Assembly: GCA_963842085.1 (NCBI GenBank)
Contig: CAWJET010000001.1
Coordinates: forward strand, 2,304,001 to 2,368,000
Direction: 5' to 3'
DNA from: an uncultured delta proteobacterium
Lineage (GTDB): Bacteria; Desulfobacterota; Binatia; Binatales; Binataceae
DNA: 64,000 nucleotides
Shown: in pieces, positions 58,861-64,000 of the stretch
How positions within the stretch are numbered: the first letter of the stretch is position 1
Layout: each line of letters starts with the position of its first letter
Position numbers and translations under genes: made by a program
The notes under the pieces: generated by a model
The model's database searches: none
Told to the model about the DNA's origin: nothing
The model's input: the letters and a program-made list of their open reading frames with translations, nothing else

Positions 58861-60852
58861 CTAGTTCTGATGCGGCGATGAGCCGATCACACGGAGCTTT
58901 GCGGTCGAGCCGGGCATTCGATCGCCTTTCATCGGCTCGTAGCGTCCGCCGAGGTTGTCGGCGAGGAATTTTTCCATTCGCGCGGTGAAGTCGAGCCGGT
59001 TTTCGGGCCGCGCGAAGCCGTGGCCTTCGTCGGTGTATAAAACGTAAACGGCGCTCCCGCGATGCTTCTCGATTGCCTTGACGATCTGCTCCGCCTCGGT
59101 CTGCTTGACGCGCGGATCGTTGGCGCCCTGGCCTATCAGCATTGGGATTTTTATTTTGTCGGCGGAGAAGAGCGGCGACGCCGCGGTCAGCAGCTCCTTG
59201 TCTCTGGGATCGGCGGGATTTCCAACCCTGGTGAAAAAGACCGAGCGTATGACCTCCCAGTACGGTGGAAACGACGCCAGCAGCGTGAACAGGTTCGACG
59301 GGCCGCATTCGTCGACCGCGCATCGAAACAGGTCGGGCGTGAATGCCGCGCCGGCGAGCGCGGCGTAGCCGCCATACGAGCCGCCGAAGATCGCGACGCG
59401 CTTCGGATCGATGATACCCTGGTCGACAGCCCATTTGACGCCGTCGGTCAGGTCGCTTTGCATGGTGAGTCCCCACTCGCGGTCGCCGGCATGCAGATAC
59501 TTTTTGCCGAATCCGGTCGAGCCGCGAAAGTTTATCTGCAGCACGGCGTAGCCGCGGTTCGCCAGCAGTTGGCTATATGGAGCGAAGCCCCAATTGTCGC
59601 GCGCCCACGGTCCGCCATGCACCGCGAGCACCAGCGGCAAATTTTTCGCGGGCGCTCCGGCCGGCAGCGTGAGGTAGCCGTTGAGCTTCATTCCGTCGCG
59701 GGCGGTAAATTCAATCGGCTTCATCGGTACGAGCGGGGCGTCGTCGAGCTTGGGCTGAACACTGAAAAGGAAGGTCGCTTTTTTGGCGGCGCGGTCCCAC
59801 GAATAGTAACGCACCGGCGCGCGATCGCTCGAGAACGAGACCAGCCACGTCCTGTCGGCGAGGTCGCGGTCCGCGACGGAGAAATCGCCGTCGGTGATTT
59901 TCGCGATCGCGTCGAAATCGGCCTGAATTGAAGGATCGACGACCGTCCAATGCATCCGGCCGGGGTCGAACGCGGCTGCCTGCACGACGTGGCGCGTAGG
60001 ATGAATCATCACGTCGCTCAAGTCGGCCTTGTCGCTGTGCGCGATGTCGGTTTCCTTCCCTGACGCGAGGTCGTGGCGCACCAGCCGGGCGGTGTCCGTG
60101 CCGATCGAAGTGCTGAGCAGGAGCGATTGCCCGTCCTTGGTGAAGTCCAGCGCCGCCAGGTTGTCTTCCATCGAGGCTTTCATCAACGTGCGCCACACGC
60201 CCGACGCGCTGTCGCGAATCCTTATCTCTGTGCCACCGTCCGGCGTCGTAATCGAGGCCGCGCGCACGGCCAGGTCGTCGTCGGCCAGCCATCCCGCGAC
60301 GTCGCCGGGATTTTTCGTATCGAGTTCGACGGCGCCCGTACGGAGGTCGATTCGATAGACGTCCATCAACTTGCGATCGCGCAGATTCAGCGCGACCAGT
60401 ACCCGCTCGGGAAATTTCGGATTGGCGGCGATGAACTCGGCGCGCACACCTTGCCACGGCGTCAGGTCGCGGACGTTGTGCGAGTCGAGATCGACGGCGA
60501 ACAGGTGGAAGTTTTCGTCGCCGGCGGCGTCCTGCGCGTAGAGGATCGTTTTCGAATCGAACCCCCATCCGTAAGTCCGGATTCCGCGACTCTGGTCCGC
60601 GGTGACGACGCGCGCGTCGTGACCCCCAATTATCTGCACCCACACCTGCAGGACGCCGTGTTCGTCAGGCGCCAGCCATGCGAGCCGCTTGCCGTCCGGC
60701 GCGATATGCGGATTGGCTCGCTCAGGATTCCCGAGCAGCGTGTCGCGCGGAATCAGCGGCGGCAATTGAGCGGAGCCGGGTGGCGCCGAAATTGTCGAAG
60801 TCATAGTGAAAACCGCGACCGTCAGCCAGAACTTACGCGAGAATCCGAACAT
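58861..60852 (-). CDS. S9 family prolyl oligopeptidase/acylaminoacyl peptidase, secreted
   Basis: VHGGPW, GGSYGG, NDPRV, DEGHG. Confidence 0.93.
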   Translation of the reverse strand: MFGFSRKFWLTVAVFTMTSTISAPPGSAQLPPLIPRDTLLGNPERANPHIAPDGKRLAWLAPDEHGVLQVWVQIIGGHDARVVTADQSRGIRTYGWGFDSKTILYAQDAAGDENFHLFAVDLDSHNVRDLTPWQGVRAEFIAANPKFPERVLVALNLRDRKLMDVYRIDLRTGAVELDTKNPGDVAGWLADDDLAVRAASITTPDGGTEIRIRDSASGVWRTLMKASMEDNLAALDFTKDGQSLLLSTSIGTDTARLVRHDLASGKETDIAHSDKADLSDVMIHPTRHVVQAAAFDPGRMHWTVVDPSIQADFDAIAKITDGDFSVADRDLADRTWLVSFSSDRAPVRYYSWDRAAKKATFLFSVQPKLDDAPLVPMKPIEFTARDGMKLNGYLTLPAGAPAKNLPLVLAVHGGPWARDNWGFAPYSQLLANRGYAVLQINFRGSTGFGKKYLHAGDREWGLTMQSDLTDGVKWAVDQGIIDPKRVAIFGGSYGGYAALAGAAFTPDLFRCAVDECGPSNLFTLLASFPPYWEVIRSVFFTRVGNPADPRDKELLTAASPLFSADKIKIPMLIGQGANDPRVKQTEAEQIVKAIEKHRGSAVYVLYTDEGHGFARPENRLDFTARMEKFLADNLGGRYEPMKGDRMPGSTAKLRVIGSSPHQN

Positions 60853-60896
60853 CGATCGCAATGATGACAGAAAAAATAGCGAAGTGAAGGATGCGG

Positions 60897-61496
60897 TCAG
60901 CCCTTGTGCTTCTTGAGTTTGAACGGATGCTTCTGACCCTGATACACATCCGTTTCGCGAGCTCCGTAGCCTAGATTTTTCGTGAGTGTCTTGTCGAGTT
61001 TCAGAAATGATAACTGACAAGGACGGTCGATTAGGGGAGTCAGATCGATTTGGAGCGGTCCGCTATTTATGATCTCCAAGACGATAGGACCATTCCAGCC
61101 GGGCTGAATCCATGGCGCTGTCTGATGCATGCTGAGGCCGACACGCGCGTAAGTCGTACGACCTTCAACCAGTCCAATCAGATCCAACGGTATGCTTACA
61201 CTCTCGTAGGTCATTCCCAGAACGAGTTGCTGGGGTTCGAGGAGAAATGAGTTGCGCTGACCCATTTCATTTGTTTCTTTCAGAGTGATCGTTTTCCAGA
61301 AACCTAGTCGCCCGAGTTCACCCAACCCTCGCGCAACGGACACTCTGACGTCCTTCAGGGGCTGAAGGACCGTAAAGGTAAACCCAAGACGAAGGTCTAC
61401 CGATGCTTCGCCCCACTGATCTTCTTCGAGCGGTGGATCAAACTTAATCCGTTTGGCGACGACAGCCTTGCGTAGAGCAGGTTGAGATTGAACCAT
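60897..61496 (-). CDS. dcd: dCTP deaminase (trimeric dUTPase fold), divergent accessory copy
   Basis: ASVDLRLG, EGRTTYARVGL..H.TAPWIQPGWNG..VLEI.N, CQLSF, YQGQ; lower GC. Confidence 0.85.
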   Translation of the reverse strand: MVQSQPALRKAVVAKRIKFDPPLEEDQWGEASVDLRLGFTFTVLQPLKDVRVSVARGLGELGRLGFWKTITLKETNEMGQRNSFLLEPQQLVLGMTYESVSIPLDLIGLVEGRTTYARVGLSMHQTAPWIQPGWNGPIVLEIINSGPLQIDLTPLIDRPCQLSFLKLDKTLTKNLGYGARETDVYQGQKHPFKLKKHKG

Positions 61497-61517
61497 GAGG
61501 ATCGAATAACTCGAAAC

Positions 61518-61805
61518 TTACGCATGCTCCATGTTGGAATCGGCCCAAGGGCGCGGCAGCGATGCCACACCACGGGCGCTCGTGAAAAATGACCCTGGTA
61601 ACTGTATCTCGACTACTGCACCATCAGCTTTGACGACTCTGCCGAGAACAAATGCCTCGTCTCCACGCCTCTCGACCGCGTTTTGTTTGACAAAACCCGA
61701 AACGACGCCGGTATCTGTACTTATCGTAATCGCCACGTCATCAAGAGGACCGGGCTGCGCTTCGCATTTAATTCTGACTATATCGCCTGCTTTGAATGTC
61801 ATCAT
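61518..61805 (-). CDS. Small beta-rich hypothetical protein upstream of dcd
   Basis: GGGAG RBS; FKAGDIVRI (SH3/KOW-like start); 21 nt gap to dcd. Confidence 0.7.
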   Translation of the reverse strand: MMTFKAGDIVRIKCEAQPGPLDDVAITISTDTGVVSGFVKQNAVERRGDEAFVLGRVVKADGAVVEIQLPGSFFTSARGVASLPRPWADSNMEHA

Positions 61806-62119
61806 AGCCGTCTCCCGTCAGTCGACCATTTTCGCCCGATGTTCGCCTAGCACCTTCGGCTACCAATTGTCGTGAACAATTGCAAGTCTGTAGTGAAATG
61901 TCGGCGATACGACAATGATTTCAAAGAGAAACGGAGATGATCGGACCAACAGCGTGTTGTGTACAGTACCACGCTATGCACACCCTCCATCGACAAACGA
62001 CGCCGTTGCGCGTAGGGCGATTCGACTGGGGATAACGCGCTGTGGGCAAAACAAACCAACAATTTCCAAAACCGCCCAGTACATTGCCTCCATTGCGAGC
62101 CGCTTCAGACCGAAAGCGC

Positions 62120-63796
62120 CTAGTTCGTGCCGGACCGCAACACTTGTCCCGGCAGGTAGCCCGAATGATGCCCGTGCTCGTAGAGCACGTCGCCGTTGAC
62201 GATCGTGTACTCGACGCCCTCCGCCGGCATCACGAGCCGGCGCCCGCCGCCGGGCAGATCGTTCTGCATGCGCGCGCGCTTGGCCGAGCCGACTTTGCGC
62301 TCGTCGAAGATCGCGACGTCGGCGGGCAGCCCGACCTTGAGCCGTCCGCGGTCCTTGATTCCGAAGAAGTCCGCCGGCTCCGACGTGATCCGCTTGATTG
62401 CATTCTCCAGCGTCAGCGCCTGCCGCTCGCGCACCCAGGTGCCGAGCAGGTAGGTGCAGTAGCCCGCGTCGCACAGCATGTTCACGTGCGCGCCGCCGTC
62501 CGACAGCCCGATCATCGTGCGCGGGTCGGCAATCAGCCGCTGAATTCCTTCCTCGTGATACTGCTGCATCGTGTACTGGATATTCAGATCGTCCTCGAGC
62601 GCGAGGTCGAAGAACGCATCGAGCGGATCCTGATGGCGCTGGTCGGCGACTTCGGCCACCGTCTTGCGCTCATATTGTTTCAGCGCGGGACTCGCGACCT
62701 CGAGCACCTCGACGCGATTCCATCTGCCCTGGAACAGATGCGGCCGCTTGAGCTCCTCGCGAAAGGCGCCGCGAAAAGCCGGGTCGCGGTAGAACTGCTT
62801 CTGCTTGTCGAGCGGCTGGTTGAACACCGGCCCCCATAGCTCCATGTCGGCGAACGAAAATGGATTGCGCAAATCCATCTGCACCACGAACGGCTTGCAC
62901 AGCACCTGCGGCACGCCGCCGCGCTTGATCAGGGGCTCGAGCCGCCGCAGAGTATCGGCGCTGGCCTCGGGTTTGTCGGGACGGCTCGCCATCGCGAGCC
63001 ACGTGACCGGACGCCCGCTCTCGTCGAGCAGAAATTCCAGCAGTCCCTGCTCGTCCTCCGATACGCGGCCCGCGCGCCGCGTGAGGGCCACCTCGATCGC
63101 GCCGCGCCCCGCGTCTCGCAGCACATTGGCGTAGGCCTTCAGCTCGTCGGTTGATGCCAGCCGGCACGCCAGCGGACGCCCCTGGTAGCCGATATGCTGC
63201 GGCAACGTAGTCGTGGAAAATCCGAAGGCGCCCGCGTCGACCGCCTCGCGCAGCAGCGCCGCGACCCGCGCCGTCTCCTCGGGCGTGGCCTTACGCTCCA
63301 TCGACTCGTCGCCGAGCACGTAGTGCCGAAATGGAGTCAGCGGCGCCAGGAACGCGAGATTGATTCCGGCGCCGCGACGCTCCGCCGCCGCGATAAACTC
63401 CGGAAAGCTCTCCCACTCCCACGTAATTCCCTTCGACAGCGCCTCGAATGGAATCGCCTCAACGTTCACCAGGTCCCACGCCGCCACCTCGCGCGCCGCG
63501 GGCTTGCACGGCGCAATGCCCACGCCGCAATTTCCCATCACGACGGTCGTAACGCCGTGCCACGAAGTGCAACTGACCAATGGGTCCCAGCAGATCTGCG
63601 CATCGTAGTGAGTATGCGGATCGACGAAGCCCGGTGCGACGATCAGGTCCGAGGCGTCGATCGTCTCCGCGCCGCCCTCGGTGACTTTTCCAATCTCGGC
63701 GATCTTCCCGTCCTTGACCGCGACGTCGGCGCGGCGACGAAACGCGCCCGTGCCGTCGATAACCGTGCCGTGCTTGATGACCAGATCGTAAGCCAT
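62120..63796 (-). CDS. N-acyl-D-amino acid deacylase family amidohydrolase
   Basis: GTVIDGTG, PGFVDPHTHYD, GNCG, SDGGAH; GGAGG RBS. Confidence 0.92.
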   Translation of the reverse strand: MAYDLVIKHGTVIDGTGAFRRRADVAVKDGKIAEIGKVTEGGAETIDASDLIVAPGFVDPHTHYDAQICWDPLVSCTSWHGVTTVVMGNCGVGIAPCKPAAREVAAWDLVNVEAIPFEALSKGITWEWESFPEFIAAAERRGAGINLAFLAPLTPFRHYVLGDESMERKATPEETARVAALLREAVDAGAFGFSTTTLPQHIGYQGRPLACRLASTDELKAYANVLRDAGRGAIEVALTRRAGRVSEDEQGLLEFLLDESGRPVTWLAMASRPDKPEASADTLRRLEPLIKRGGVPQVLCKPFVVQMDLRNPFSFADMELWGPVFNQPLDKQKQFYRDPAFRGAFREELKRPHLFQGRWNRVEVLEVASPALKQYERKTVAEVADQRHQDPLDAFFDLALEDDLNIQYTMQQYHEEGIQRLIADPRTMIGLSDGGAHVNMLCDAGYCTYLLGTWVRERQALTLENAIKRITSEPADFFGIKDRGRLKVGLPADVAIFDERKVGSAKRARMQNDLPGGGRRLVMPAEGVEYTIVNGDVLYEHGHHSGYLPGQVLRSGTN

Positions 63797-64000
63797 TTTC
63801 ACATCCTCCGGGATGCGATTCGAGCAAAACGCCTTAGCTTCCGGTATCGCAGGAAAGACTGTCCGCGCGCAAGTATGGTCGTTAAGGCGCGTGTTCCGCA
63901 AAGCACCACGACAGCGCTAATTCGTTACCTTCTGCTAACTACCGGTCATGCTGAGTCGAACTATGTGATGCTTCATCTGTGCCGAATGCCGCCCAGTGCT

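Noticed and set aside
58861-61020. 719-aa S9 peptidase overlapping dcd
   Set aside because: The upstream extension overlaps dcd in another frame; a signal-peptide start at 60852 fits better
61860-61980. Palindromes (caattg-N7-caattg; gtgtacagtaccac) upstream of the dcd operon as a LexA or resolvase site
   Set aside because: Too short and degenerate to assign without a lineage-specific motif

Overview
High-GC bacterial chromosome segment; gene content and style suggest Candidatus Binatus/Binatota, which is inference only. The backbone carries SRP RNA-dnaX-ybaB-recR, sodB, asnS, trxA, ppiD, mreBCD-mrdA-rodA, amtB, mnmE, a DEAD-box helicase, hsp20 and msrB. There are two Rrf2-led sulfur assimilation clusters (sulfite reductase/cysH, and yezD-porin-sbp-cysTWA) and many catabolic enzymes. 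Several small lower-GC islets interrupt this backbone. The most notable (13071-14720) is flanked by an 83-bp duplication of the 3' end of an Rrf2 gene that differs only at synonymous sites. It carries a three-gene operon: a proteasome-beta-like Ntn hydrolase with an N-terminal Ser, an 82-aa acidic protein, and a 55-aa two-TM protein missing from the ORF track. This is a candidate uncharacterised protease-triggered system, possibly defensive. Other islets: a variant dCTP deaminase with a small partner; a convergent hicA/hicB pair with frameshifted hicA; a membrane pentapeptide-repeat gene splitting mreD from mrdA; and an XRE/AraC block with two paralogous small genes. A 70-95 nt two-hairpin intergenic repeat occurs five times, sometimes nested with other REP-like elements. 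No tRNA, rRNA, CRISPR array, integrase or transposase was seen. All calls were made by eye, without database searches.
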